Below are positions 1 through 10,130 of a DNA stretch of 25,582 bases, piece by piece; the stretch's first letter is position 1; the number at the start of each line of letters is the position of its first letter. The translations under genes and the position numbers were made by a program. This stretch comes from Tubiluchus corallicola (Eukaryota > Animalia > Priapulida). Where the stretch lies: the NCBI GenBank assembly GCA_030141605.1, contig JAQGDQ010001785.1, forward strand, positions 1-25,582, in the 5' to 3' direction. The notes under the pieces were generated by a model. The model did not search any database. It was not told the DNA's origin and saw nothing but the letters and a program-made list of their open reading frames with translations.

Positions 1-632
1 TTTTTATAAAAACAAACGCTAAATATATTGGACTTTTATATTCTAGCATCAAATTATCAAGAGAATGTCCAAAAAATAATAAAAATTTAATTTTATAATC
101 CCGTGCCCATTTCTCTGCCTAGAAACGTGTACTGCAATTGCAAAAAACTTGTATTTTCAAAATCCTGGCAGTAGCCTAAGCTCGGGGTTTCAGCGGTCAA
201 ACCCAGATCTTCGTCGTTATTATCTACTGGATGAACATACTTCATCAAATTTCCTTAGAACAACTATCATTTATGCGGCTGTCTCTCCAAGAGACTTAGC
301 AACCGCATAAATGTTGGTTGTTTCGGACTTTGCAAGAACACATTGAAGTTATGTTTAAATCCAGTAGATGGCTCTTCCTGACGAAGATCTGGGTTTGACA
401 ACATGAAAAACCCCGAAGCAAAATGACAGCTTAGACGAGCTACTGCCAGAGTTTGAAAATACAAGTTTTTTACAATTGCAGTGCTGGTTTTTAGTCAGAA
501 AAGTTGACAAGGAGTTACAAAATTAATATTTTTAGTACTTTTTTTGGACATTTTTTTTGATAATTTACCGCTAAAATATAAAAGTCCAATATATTTAGCG
601 TTTGTTTTTATAAAAAATTATATTCGATAACC
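1..632. mobile_element. Foldback/MITE-like long imperfect palindrome (left arm probably cut by window start)
   Basis: 1-42 is the reverse complement of ~575-616. Inner pairs: AAACCCAGATCTTCGTC/GACGAAGATCTGGGTTT and CATTTATGCGG/CCGCATAAATG around a centre near 290. No credible ORF. Confidence 0.8.
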
Positions 633-836
633 CTTTGACTTTCTACAGTGAAACTGATACAAAAGTTCTCCTACTACAAAGATAATACCAACACACAAAA
701 GACAAAGTGCACAAATAATATTTACGTAACAATTAAACAAGCTTATTAATTAGTAAAAGACACAGTCGCATTCTGATGAACAAACGAGTATAATAACACG
801 TAACATTGTTAACTGAAAACGTTGAATTTAGCTTAT

Positions 837-1507
837 AGGACAAGAAAAGGGGTACCTTAAGTGGTTTCAGAAAAATCACCTTAAAAAATTATACTAGTTT
901 ATAGCAATTTTATTCATCTATCGCACTCGCCTTGAAAATATTTTTTATTTGTTTTAATTTTAAATCTCAAAAAATACCATTCCCAAATCGGCATTACATG
1001 ACGTCATATACGCACAATGTAAACTAGGGGAAGAAAATGAAATTTTAAATTGTGTCCAAAAAATTTTCCATAAAAATTTGCATTAGTTACCATTATGCTT
1101 TCCTGTTGGAAAGATTTATGTAACTAGAAATAATAATTTTAAATATTCGTGCCAATTAGTAAAGTGTCGTTGACTCACACTCCAGGGTGCGCCACTCACT
1201 AACCAAAAACGTATTTTTAATCTTATTGACAAGATACAGTAATTTAAAATTTTTCTTAGTTAGTAACATGTGTGCTACGAATGCTTTGATTATTTTTTGA
1301 AACTTTATTCTGTATTATCTAAACTTGTTTCAAATGACTCATCGTCAAAATGGCTACGTCTAACAGCTATCGCGGAAGTTTAAATTTCCAAGTTTTCTAC
1401 AGCGCTACTGCCAACGCAAGCCCTGTATTGCTAAAAAGTAGTACGTAATGGTATAAAAATTCAAGGCGAATTTTCATGCTTTCGTAAGTGGAGGGTTTTC
1501 TTACGCT
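837..1507 (+). mobile_element. Non-autonomous TTAA-type DNA transposon (Kolobok/T2-MITE-like), full-length copy
   Basis: Starts ttat|AGGACAAGAAAAGG and ends GGTTTTCTTACGCT|ttaa (imperfect TIRs, TTAA-like flanks). Homologous copies at 4567-5099, 13560-13946 and 17871-18021. Confidence 0.65.
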
Positions 1508-1588
1508 TTAAAGAGTTGAACAATGAACAATGGCTGTTTAGTCTCTAGAACAATAGCAGAAATTAACGTTTAACTCTGTTTGCTTATT

Positions 1589-1681
1589 CAAACCTGGAAA
1601 GTTCATGAAAACAATGAAACGGGTACTACATTAGCATTGTTTTCAAAATCGTTCCATTATTAAAAGAACGATTTCACTGAT
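1589..1681 (+). promoter_or_regulatory. Conserved upstream block shared with the other Cys-rich paralogues
   Basis: CAAACCTGG..TGAAAACAATGAA..TTAGCATTGTTT..TTCCATTA aligns with the reverse complement of 17761-17850 and 19100-19196, each upstream of a family ATG. Confidence 0.5.
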
Positions 1682-1850
1682 GCAGCCCTAATGTTTAGTG
1701 AGGCAAGTTCAAAGTGACCATGAGAAAAACGTGTGATCTAGTGAAGTGCATGCACTTGACAGGCTAAAACTCCCTAGTAATCAAGACGTAAAATACTAAG
1801 ATAGAAAATCAAATACGGTTAATCATTGCCATCAAATATCTACTAAAGCA

Positions 1851-3431
1851 ATGCGTTTGTTATTAATTTATATCAACCGTAGTTGTGTTTCGAAATTCTG
1901 GACATTAATGTGGTTGAACGTTCTTTTGTTTAACGTAGAAACATATGGACTTGGTACATCCTATGCAGACGATTCTGTAGGAATTTCTCCAAGTGCTTCT
2001 TGTGCTTTTACCCACCCAACTGACAAAATTCAGATGAATTTTGAAATTGACGGAGAAACACTCTCTGATCGTGGTTCACACGACTCCTGTTCCGCAACAA
2101 TCTGCGGGGACGACTGTGGTAAGTTCTACTTTGTGGAAGAACAGTCTGATCTTAATCTGGAAACTTCCCAATATGTAGGATGGAACGAGTTGAAAGACTG
2201 TGGCATCGAATTAAAGAAGCCATTTTGTCTTCTGGAGATTTTTAATGACGATGAGAAGCCAACACGATGTCGAGTTGCCTCAGTCTACCTGAAAGTATTG
2301 GAAGATACTCGTCCTGTTCAGCAAAGAAGTTCAGCGTCTGAATGGCAAAACATCAATTCATTTAGAAGAGCAAAGAGAGTAAAACGACGAGATGGACAGA
2401 CTAGTAGAGAGAGACATAAACGTGAAAACAATTGTAATCATTTTATTAATTGTCAAACTCCCTGTAAGGGAAGATGCCATGGGAAACACAGGAAAAAGGT
2501 GAAATGTTGGAGATATTGCGATCAAACCTGTTCAGGTTCAACAAGGTGTCGCTGCGAGTGTGATAATAGATGTAGCCATGTTCCCTCGTGTACCCAAGGC
2601 TGTCCATCTTTCTGTGATTGCGTAAAAGACCGCATGAAGAAATGTCCCGATTGTAAGCATGAATGTAGGAGGTACAAGGGAGTTGCGCAACGGGGACCAA
2701 GGAGGAGGTGCAGGCGAAAATGTGCCGAGGATTGCTATCAGGATAGTGTAAAATTCTGCCACCAGAGAACAACACCATCAACAACAACAACGACGACTAC
2801 GACGACAACAACAACAACTACTACAACAACAACAACAGCAACAACGACGACGACGACGACGACGACGACGACACCAACAACAACAGCAGCAACAACGACA
2901 ACAACACGAACAACAACAACAACAACAATGCCTATAGTAGTTTTCCAATGCCAGAGTGAATGCGAATCTTTATGTTTTGCTGTTAAGCATCTAGAAAAGT
3001 GCAAGAGCATCTGTCAAAAAAATTGTATAGAAAGCCGTACAATGATGGCAACACCTGCCAGACGACGACGGCAAGTGCCAGACGGAGACTGCAACAACTG
3101 TCAGCCAACGTGTGAAAACTGTGATGTGAAACGTGCAAATGATGCAAAGGACACTAATAAACGCAAGATGAAATACACACGCTGGAATCAAACTCTACCG
3201 GACATAATGAAGTTCTCATTTGTGGATTTAAGTTACAGTGGAGCAGAAAAGGATGTACTCAGTTCACTAACTGAGTCGTACACTGTGTTCCACTACAATG
3301 CAAATTTCACGTTTTATTCAGCAGTACCTGCAGGAGGGGTACTCGTGTGCCCTTTAAAAGACTGGCAGAACAATTATCGTCTCTTCATGCAAATTAAGAA
3401 ATGCAACTGCCAAGCTGCAGATCCAAGATGA
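1851..3431 (+). CDS. Secreted Cys-rich (CxxxC-repeat) precursor protein, paralogue A, 526 aa, intronless
   Basis: Long open ORF with a hydrophobic N-terminus ending VETYG, polybasic sites RRAKRVKRR, RHKR and RRRR, CxxxC repeats and a poly-Thr tract. N- and C-domains are homologous to the 906-aa ORF. AATAAA at 3661. Confidence 0.88.
   Translation: MRLLLIYINRSCVSKFWTLMWLNVLLFNVETYGLGTSYADDSVGISPSASCAFTHPTDKIQMNFEIDGETLSDRGSHDSCSATICGDDCGKFYFVEEQSDLNLETSQYVGWNELKDCGIELKKPFCLLEIFNDDEKPTRCRVASVYLKVLEDTRPVQQRSSASEWQNINSFRRAKRVKRRDGQTSRERHKRENNCNHFINCQTPCKGRCHGKHRKKVKCWRYCDQTCSGSTRCRCECDNRCSHVPSCTQGCPSFCDCVKDRMKKCPDCKHECRRYKGVAQRGPRRRCRRKCAEDCYQDSVKFCHQRTTPSTTTTTTTTTTTTTTTTTTTATTTTTTTTTTTPTTTAATTTTTRTTTTTTMPIVVFQCQSECESLCFAVKHLEKCKSICQKNCIESRTMMATPARRRRQVPDGDCNNCQPTCENCDVKRANDAKDTNKRKMKYTRWNQTLPDIMKFSFVDLSYSGAEKDVLSSLTESYTVFHYNANFTFYSAVPAGGVLVCPLKDWQNNYRLFMQIKKCNCQAADPR
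2769..2927 (+). repeat. (ACA/ACG/ACT)n coding microsatellite encoding a mucin-like poly-Thr linker
   Basis: Visible trinucleotide runs in frame with the 526-aa ORF. Confidence 0.9.
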
Positions 3432-3660
3432 ATGGAGGACAGCAAGTAAAATAAGAAAAATAACTAAAGGAGAAAAAGTAGGGGAACATTTTGAAGCTCT
3501 TGCCATGGGAGCATTTACAATGGAACGTAATCCACCTATAAATTAGTTTGTTGTTATTCGAGTTTTTGTTGACATTTACTTGTTAATGTGTCACAGATGT
3601 GTTACAGGCTTTGTGATTCTTAAAGCAAAAATTAATAGATTTTGACCTAATTTGAATCTT

Positions 3661-3666
3661 AATAAA
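3661..3666 (+). promoter_or_regulatory. Putative polyadenylation signal of paralogue A
   Basis: AATAAA 230 nt after the stop, conserved at the homologous position of copy C (25233-25238). Confidence 0.5.
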
Positions 3667-3777
3667 CGTATGAAGTCACTAGCACAATATTCTGCTACAG
3701 TGTGGGTTAATTTTGCCCTCCATCTCTGTTTATTGTACTTGTTCTAAGTTCAGTGACTGAGCAAGTACTTGTAGCAG

Positions 3778-3990
3778 TTTATTCAGCAGTACCACCAGGA
3801 GGGATACTCGTGTGCCCTTTAAAAACCCGGCAGAACAATTACCGTCTCTTCGTGCAAATTCAGAAGTGCAACAGCCAACCTGCACAAACACCAAAAAAAT
3901 GGTGAAGGAGCGAAGAAAGTAAATTAAAAAAGAACTAAATAAAGAAAAAAGTGCTAGTACTTTAAAAGTTGCTTGTATGGAACGCAAGTC
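3778..3990 (+). pseudogene. Degenerate tandem fragment of the family C-terminal domain and 3' UTR
   Basis: TTTATTCAGCAGTACC..CTCGTGTGCCCTTTAAAA..CAGAACAATTA.. repeats 3314-3530 with substitutions and an indel (..LVCPLKTRQNNYRLFVQIQKCN..). Confidence 0.8.
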
Positions 3991-4566
3991 TTGTATGTGC
4001 ATTGTGTAGTTGTTTTTTGTTTTCTCTTGCAGTTTGTATTTACTGTGGTACGTGGTCCTTCTTTTTGTGGTATGATATTTGTATTTTCTGCGGTTTTTTA
4101 TTAAAAAAATTAGTTTATATTATATATTAAAAACGGAACAGAATTTGAAAAGTCAAGCTGAGTGCATTAAAGCAAAACTGGACCCAATCTTAAACTATAG
4201 GCCAAAACCATCTAATCTTTAAACAATTGAAAGGAAACTTGCTATTTTTTGAAAATGACTTACGTAAAAGAATTATTATCACACAAGCACAATTTCACGT
4301 TCGCCTCGCTAGTTCTTCGCTGTTACATGCATTTCGTCATTCGCTGGTTAGACGGGCACTAGCGCCTGCATCTCGGAAACTCATTGCACAAAAACAGGTG
4401 CTGTACATCTCCATTGGAACGCAAGCCTCGTATAAATTCATTTTGTTTCTTTCCTGTTGTATGGTTTCGCAACTCTTACCCATACAGCTTATTGTGTTGC
4501 AGACTTTGCAAAAACACAACAATGTTAAATTAAGTCTGATCCACTGCTGCTGAGATCAGTCCTTAA

Positions 4567-5099
4567 AGGACAAGAAAAGGGGCACTTGAAGTGGTTTCAG
4601 AAAAATAGCCTTAAAATTATATTACTTTAGGACATTTTTATGCGAATATTGTGCTCGTGTTGAAAGGAATTTTTGTTTGTTTTCATTTCAAATCTCCTGC
4701 AATACAGTCCCGACGGCGCCATTACCTGACGTCATCTACGCACAGTCAGTCAGACAGGGGAAGAAGAGGTAATGTTAAGGTATATCCCAAAAAACTCTCC
4801 TTGCAAATCTATATTACTTAGCATTTCGGTTACCTGCTGGAAAGACTTATGTAACTAGAAATAATAATTTCAAATGTTCGTGCCAATTGGTAAAATGTCG
4901 TTGACTCACTCTCCAGGGTGCGCCACTCACTAACCAAAAAACGTATTTTTAATCTTATTGACAAGATACAGTAATTTAAAATTTTTCTTTGTTAGTAACA
5001 TGTGTGATACGCATGCTCTGATTATTTTTTGAAACTTTACTCTGTATTATCTAAACTTGTTTCAAATGATTCATCGTCAAAATGGCTGCATCTAACAGC
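4567..5099 (+). mobile_element. 3'-truncated copy of the TTAA-type MITE
   Basis: ttaa|AGGACAAGAAAAGGGG start, then colinear similarity to 837-1367 with long identical stretches. Confidence 0.7.
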
Positions 5100-5280
5100 G
5101 TGTACAGTATAAAGCAGTTCTAATGCACACAACTCTGGTTGCATTAGTGCCGCCATCTATGAACCTGATATATACAGTTTCTTTCAGTATGGTGTACAGT
5201 ATAAAACAGTTCTAATGTACACAACTCTGGTTGTTTTATACTAGTGTCGCCATCTGTCAACCTGAAATATTCATACAGTG
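5100..5280. repeat. Two imperfect tandem copies of a ~92-bp unit
   Basis: GTGTACAGTATAAA.CAGTTCTAATG.ACACAACTCTGGTTG...GCCATCT..AACCTGA occurs twice in tandem. Confidence 0.75.
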
Positions 5281-6676
5281 AAAGATGAAAGCTTAATGTG
5301 TGCACGTGGTAATGACTAATCAGTCTTAAGAGAAATTCGAGGCACCAGTGAAAAAACACAAGATAGCAAATCTTGTACTTTTGAACTTTAGGGTAAGGTT
5401 TATACACAGATAAATTAATTATCACACGCCATATTATTACTTAAAATAATTTGCAGACGTACAGCAGACATTTCCAAACCAGGATGAGATTCGAAATAGT
5501 TATTACAATTATCGTACTTTTGTGTGGCACTTATGGTAAGTACAGAAGCACTACCTTGTAATCTATTACTAATAATAATTTTGAATAGTTAGTACTAAGT
5601 TAAAATGAATATAGTTGGGATGTCTCAAAGTCTTTATAGAGTTCACACTTGAAGTTTGATAACTTTCATTATTAAAGTGCTCGCAAATAATTACTTTTAT
5701 TGCTCAACTTATATCGTGGATATGTTATAAATAATTCAAGTAACTAAAGGAAACTCGAACTCCATCTTAAACTGTAGCTAAAAACGCTCTATGAATTATT
5801 GAAAGGAAAGATACTGTTATTCCAAAATTCCTTGGTATAAACTATAATATGATTTTTGCTTGCTGCTTTTTGCTTTATACCACAAATGATTGTATTTTCT
5901 CATCTGCTTAGTACACCACAAACAGTTTAAGTGTATTTTGCTTTTTTATATGCAACTTCTTATTTGATTGAAATTGTACGTCATTATTACAGATTGTTTA
6001 ACGAGTGTTATTAGGCAGTTCTGATGTTTTTTCTGCTTCATGTTCAGCGCTAAATTAGTCGTTGCGTTAAAATCTAAAAAATTAAATTTTTTCTCCTTTT
6101 TTTATTAACCTGAAGAACAGCACAGTGGTGTACTAAAATTGTGGCTGTTTTTTATTTCTCTGTTAAACAATTTTTATTAATTGCCAAATTATTGTCATTA
6201 AGAGGCAATTGTCATTACCAAGAGGTAATTATTATCGTTGACAATCAATATAAATGGAAGAATTCTAAGCTTTTAAAAAGACCAAATTATTCTCGAATTA
6301 TTAGTCCCCTGAACATTAAATGGCAGATCCAAAAATCTGATATAGTGTGTAGATGTGAAAATGATACCTTCGTCTCCATCTTGAATTCATGCAAAACCAC
6401 TGGCAGAGTTTTAGGCTTTTGTCTAAAACCACGTTGCTGCCGTCATCTTGAATTCAAAATGGATGATCGAAAATCCAACTACGTCAGTCGATGGGCAAGC
6501 AGGTTTAGCATATTCTTTGAGTATTTTATCGACGATTCATTGCGAATTAGCAGGGCATTGAGCTTGTTTCAAAAACTCATCACCAACAGCTGTAATAACG
6601 ACAAGAATGACAATATGGAGACCAGTAACTTTGGATTTTGTTAGGCACTGACTGAAAATGATTAAACACGACTAAA

Positions 6677-6878
6677 ATGAGAACAGTGAGTTGTTATTTT
6701 GCGATATTTTGTACTTGTTTTGCTTTATTTAGTGTCTAGTGAAGGAAAAGGCCCAGTTTCTGGCACAAGAGCAAGCGATTTCTTTACTAAAGAACCACAA
6801 AATGCCACGGTAGCAGAAGATTCAACTTTTGTCTTAGACTGCGGCGTTGCAGAAGGTGACAACTGGGTTGCATATGAA
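6677..6878 (+). CDS. Ig + EGF-repeat secreted protein, exon 1 (signal peptide and first Ig strands); 1-nt frameshift near 6697-6700
   Basis: ATG at 6677 (MRTVSCY) joins LRYFVLVLLYLVSSEG if one T is removed. FTKEPQNATVAEDSTFVLDC is an Ig A-B strand pattern. Donor GAA|GTAGGA, phase 0. Confidence 0.65.
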
Positions 6879-6926
6879 GTAGGATACTCTGCCATTACTT
6901 TGCGTAGCTATAGGACTTGATATACC

Positions 6927-6959
6927 AGAGAGAGAGAAAAAGAGAGAGAGAGAGAGAGA
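6927..6959. repeat. (GA)n microsatellite, left flank of the LINE
   Basis: Visible dinucleotide run. Confidence 0.9.
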
Positions 6960-8259
6960 TTTGATTTGATTTAATTCTTTATTTCAAACATAAGTTCATA
7001 ATATAAATTACATATATACAACATACAACATCATAAAAACAAAAAACCAATACAAACAAATCACACACAAACTTAGTTAAACATGAAAATTACAATAATA
7101 GTCTCCACCATTGCTGTCTTATGTGCGATGTAAATTTAGCATCGCTTACTAAAATTTTCTGGCACATTAAATTATCACTAGTATCAAATCTTTTCATTAA
7201 ACTTAACACAGATTTTCTACGTAATACATCAAAATACATCACGTGAATTTCAACACTCATCTCACGAGCACTGCAATCATATGCATATCCGAAAAATAAT
7301 CTTTTTGACACATTGTGCGCAATTTTAAGTTTTAAGATATTACCATTATTAAAATGTCTCCAAGTAGACATGCAATAGAATGTATTACAGTAAGCATTAA
7401 ATAGATATCTTTTAACATCAACTGAACAATAGCTGAATTTTCTAATAAGTTGGTTTGCACGACAATAGTATAGGGATCTTTGATTAATAATGTCAAGGTC
7501 ATCTCGGTTATCATTTGAAATAATATGTCCCAAATATTTTTCATTATCACAGGTATGTAAAACATTATTATCTAGTTTGATGTTACCAAACATAAAATTT
7601 CTCATGATGTTTGAATTAACAGACGTAAGTTTAGTTTTAGCTACATTAATTTTTATGTCATACTGTTCAGCATACAATTTATACACGTATAGTAGTTGCT
7701 GTAGGGCCGTAATCGTTGTTGCTAACAAACAAACATCGTCAGCGTACATCAGGTGGTTCATAACCATGTTCGACACATTGCAACCAAGTTGGGTGGATGA
7801 AAGCTTAACACTTAGATCTTTAAAATAAAAATTAAAAAGAAAAGGTGACATCTTGCCACCTTGGCGTACACCATTTCCAATATTAAAAGTTGTAGACTGA
7901 CTATGTCCCCACCTGACAGACATGCCTTGCTGCGTGTAATAAAATGTGAGCAAGCGGATTACAATATTCGGGATTGAAGTCTTTGTGAGTTTAAGAAAAA
8001 GCTTGAAGAAATTAACCCTATCAAATGCCTTTGATGCGTCGATAAAAACAATGTGAACAGAGCTATCACGACTAATGTAGTAGTCAATGATCTCCTTTAA
8101 TGTGTTTATGCAAATTTCAGTGCCAAGTTTTTCTACATAGCCAAACTGATTAGGAGTTGTTGAAATATACTGTTTGTATCTGTTAAGTAATAAAATTTCG
8201 AATATTTTGCGGCAATAGAAGCTAGTGCAATTGGCCTATAGTTATTTGCATTTTTTTTG
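6960..8259 (-). mobile_element. 5'-truncated non-LTR retrotransposon (RTE/RTEX-like RT region), antisense in intron 1
   Basis: RT motifs NYRPIAL, QFG, FIDASKAFDRV, GVRQGGKMSPFLF, YADD and KYLG. 3' end AATAAAG..(AAATC)n. Frameshift near the 5' end. The clade call is from motif recall only. Confidence 0.88.
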
Positions 8260-8268
8260 AAGAGAGAG

Positions 8269-8311
<43 letters not shown>

Positions 8312-8329
8312 GAGAGGGGGAAGAGAGAG
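8260..8329. repeat. (GA)n microsatellite, right flank of the LINE
   Basis: Visible dinucleotide run. Confidence 0.9.
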
Positions 8330-8356
8330 CTCTTCTGAGACTTGTCATCATTAACA

Positions 8357-8654
8357 GAGAATAACCTAATATCCTTTATAGTCTGAAAAATTATTATATT
8401 TATTCAGGAACTTTCTCCCTTGCGGGCCTCATCACCTGAAAATAACAGAAAAATATTGTAACAGTACGTACCAATGAAAGAACATTGGTTTAGCTACAAT
8501 TTTGTTTTTAATGTTCTTACATTGGTACATACTGTTTTATATTTTATCTGTTACTTTAGGTAAGGTAATCAGGCTAATAAAGAGGCCTGTTAGGGTGAAG
8601 TTACTTGAATAAATATCATAATCTTTGAGACTATAAAGGTCATTACGTTTTCCT
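8357..8654. mobile_element. ~300-bp imperfect palindrome (MITE/foldback-like)
   Basis: Nested complementary pairs CCTTTATAGTCT/AGACTATAAAGG, TATTTATTCA/TGAATAAATA and AACAGTACGTACCAATG/CATTGGTACATACTGTT. Confidence 0.7.
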
Positions 8655-9033
8655 TTGCATAGATAGGTATGAATACACATTTATAAGCTTACAGCATTAC
8701 AAAGTTGCAGGGACTATCTTTGTTGGGTTCAGGTTTCCTTGCGGTAAGCTAAATGAAACATGTTTTTACGAAAGTATGAATGCACATTTTTCGAGTACAG
8801 TAAAATTTTGTTAACACTGGGCCCTCAAAGTGTGGCTCTTTCAAAACTTGGCAGTCTAGTCTAGAGGCTAGTTAACCACCTGGTAAATACGTTTGTGCCA
8901 TCCGAGTGTTTCAGTGTTTGGCACAGAGTTGGATATATTAATGGTTTTAGTTCTTTGTAAAAACTGTAAATTTGGAAGGTCTACAATAGGCTTTGATGAA
9001 CCATGAGTGTATAATAATATGTACTTTTTTCAG

Positions 9034-9256
9034 GTTAAATGGTACAGGGCTCCCTCTAACATCCAACCTGACTTGTATCCCAGATATGACTGGGTTGCTG
9101 GTAGCGCTGAGGATTGTATAAGTACGAACGAATGCAGCCTGAGAATTAGTGGCGCTACTTTTGAGGACGAGGGAGAGTGGTATTGTCAAATTGCTGCTCT
9201 GGAAGAGCTTTTGCCAGATATATACGATTCTAAAAAAGCCTTCATAACTATAGCAA
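9034..9256 (+). CDS. Ig + EGF protein, exon 2 (rest of the Ig domain)
   Basis: Acceptor TTTTTTCAG|. VKWYR...SLRISGATFEDEGEWYCQ carries the Ig core Trp and DxGxYxC-type motif. Donor A|GTAAGA, phase 1. Confidence 0.8.
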
Positions 9257-9399
9257 GTAAGATGGTTTGATTTTCTTACTCACAACAAAACTTCAGTAAA
9301 ATACTTAGTAGTTGTTATTATCCTTTGCTGGGACCAACATTGGAATGCAGCGGTTTAGATAAATCTTCTTAAATTCCGATTTGAAAGACGTGGATATTT

Positions 9400-10130
9400 A
9401 ATAGAACCAAAGAAGATCTTTGAAGCACTATAATCAGAATCACTCAGTTAAGATGGGCAAGACATTTAATGAGATGCCAGAATCAAAACCAGTAAGATTA
9501 GCATTAAACCAGGCACTAAAATCTACTAAATGGCCTAAAGACAAACCAAAAACAACTTGGATATCAAGAATTATTTATCGTGACTTTAAAATGCCACAAA
9601 ATATCAAACACATAATCTGATTAACTGACAAAAATGCAAATAAGAAACAGTTCAAATCTATACCAAAAAACATACAATAGGCACGAACCCTGACAGTTTC
9701 GCCTAAGAAAAAGATACCTTATATCTGTACAATCACAGATTAAAACAACATAATTATTAACAAATCTGAGCAATTATATTAAGTAACTATACTAAAACAC
9801 ATCAGAACAACTAGCCTGGCTAGCCTACAGGTCTAAATGTTCAAGGTAGACCTATCTTACACAGCTTAAATACAGAAAACTAGAACACTATTAATGTAAA
9901 GGGCCATTCAGAAGCAAGTAAGTACAGTAAGATCAGAGGGAAGTTTAACCTATCAAAAAACCTTCAGGCAAAACCAAAAAACAACTTGGATATCAATAAT
10001 CAATAAAGATTTCCAACAGCTGAGACCAAACATTGCAATAGCATCACGGGAGTTGAAAATTTCAATAGCAAACAGGAAACAGTAGAGTGCTCTAATAAAG
10101 AGGCTCAGTGTCTATGATAGATGTTTAGAG
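9400..10130 (+). mobile_element. Decayed RTE-like LINE 3' remnants in intron 2 (two partial copies)
   Basis: MPESKPVRLAL..PKDKPKTTWIS resembles the RTE C-terminal RGRPxxTW motif. AAACCAAAAACAACTTGGATATCAA-like sequence occurs at ~9543 and ~9971. Confidence 0.4.

Noticed and set aside
1851-3431. Metallothionein, keratin-associated protein or minicollagen identity
   Set aside because: Signal peptide, convertase sites and globular terminal domains do not fit metallothionein or KAP; there is no Gly-X-Y tract for minicollagen.
4167-4260. Similarity to 5743-5830 as another TTAA-type element
   Set aside because: Only short degenerate similarity; matching termini could not be defined.
6141-6644. 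167-aa ORF
   Set aside because: GTG start, no recognisable motif, and it overlaps CATCTTGAATTCA repeats typical of MITE remnants.
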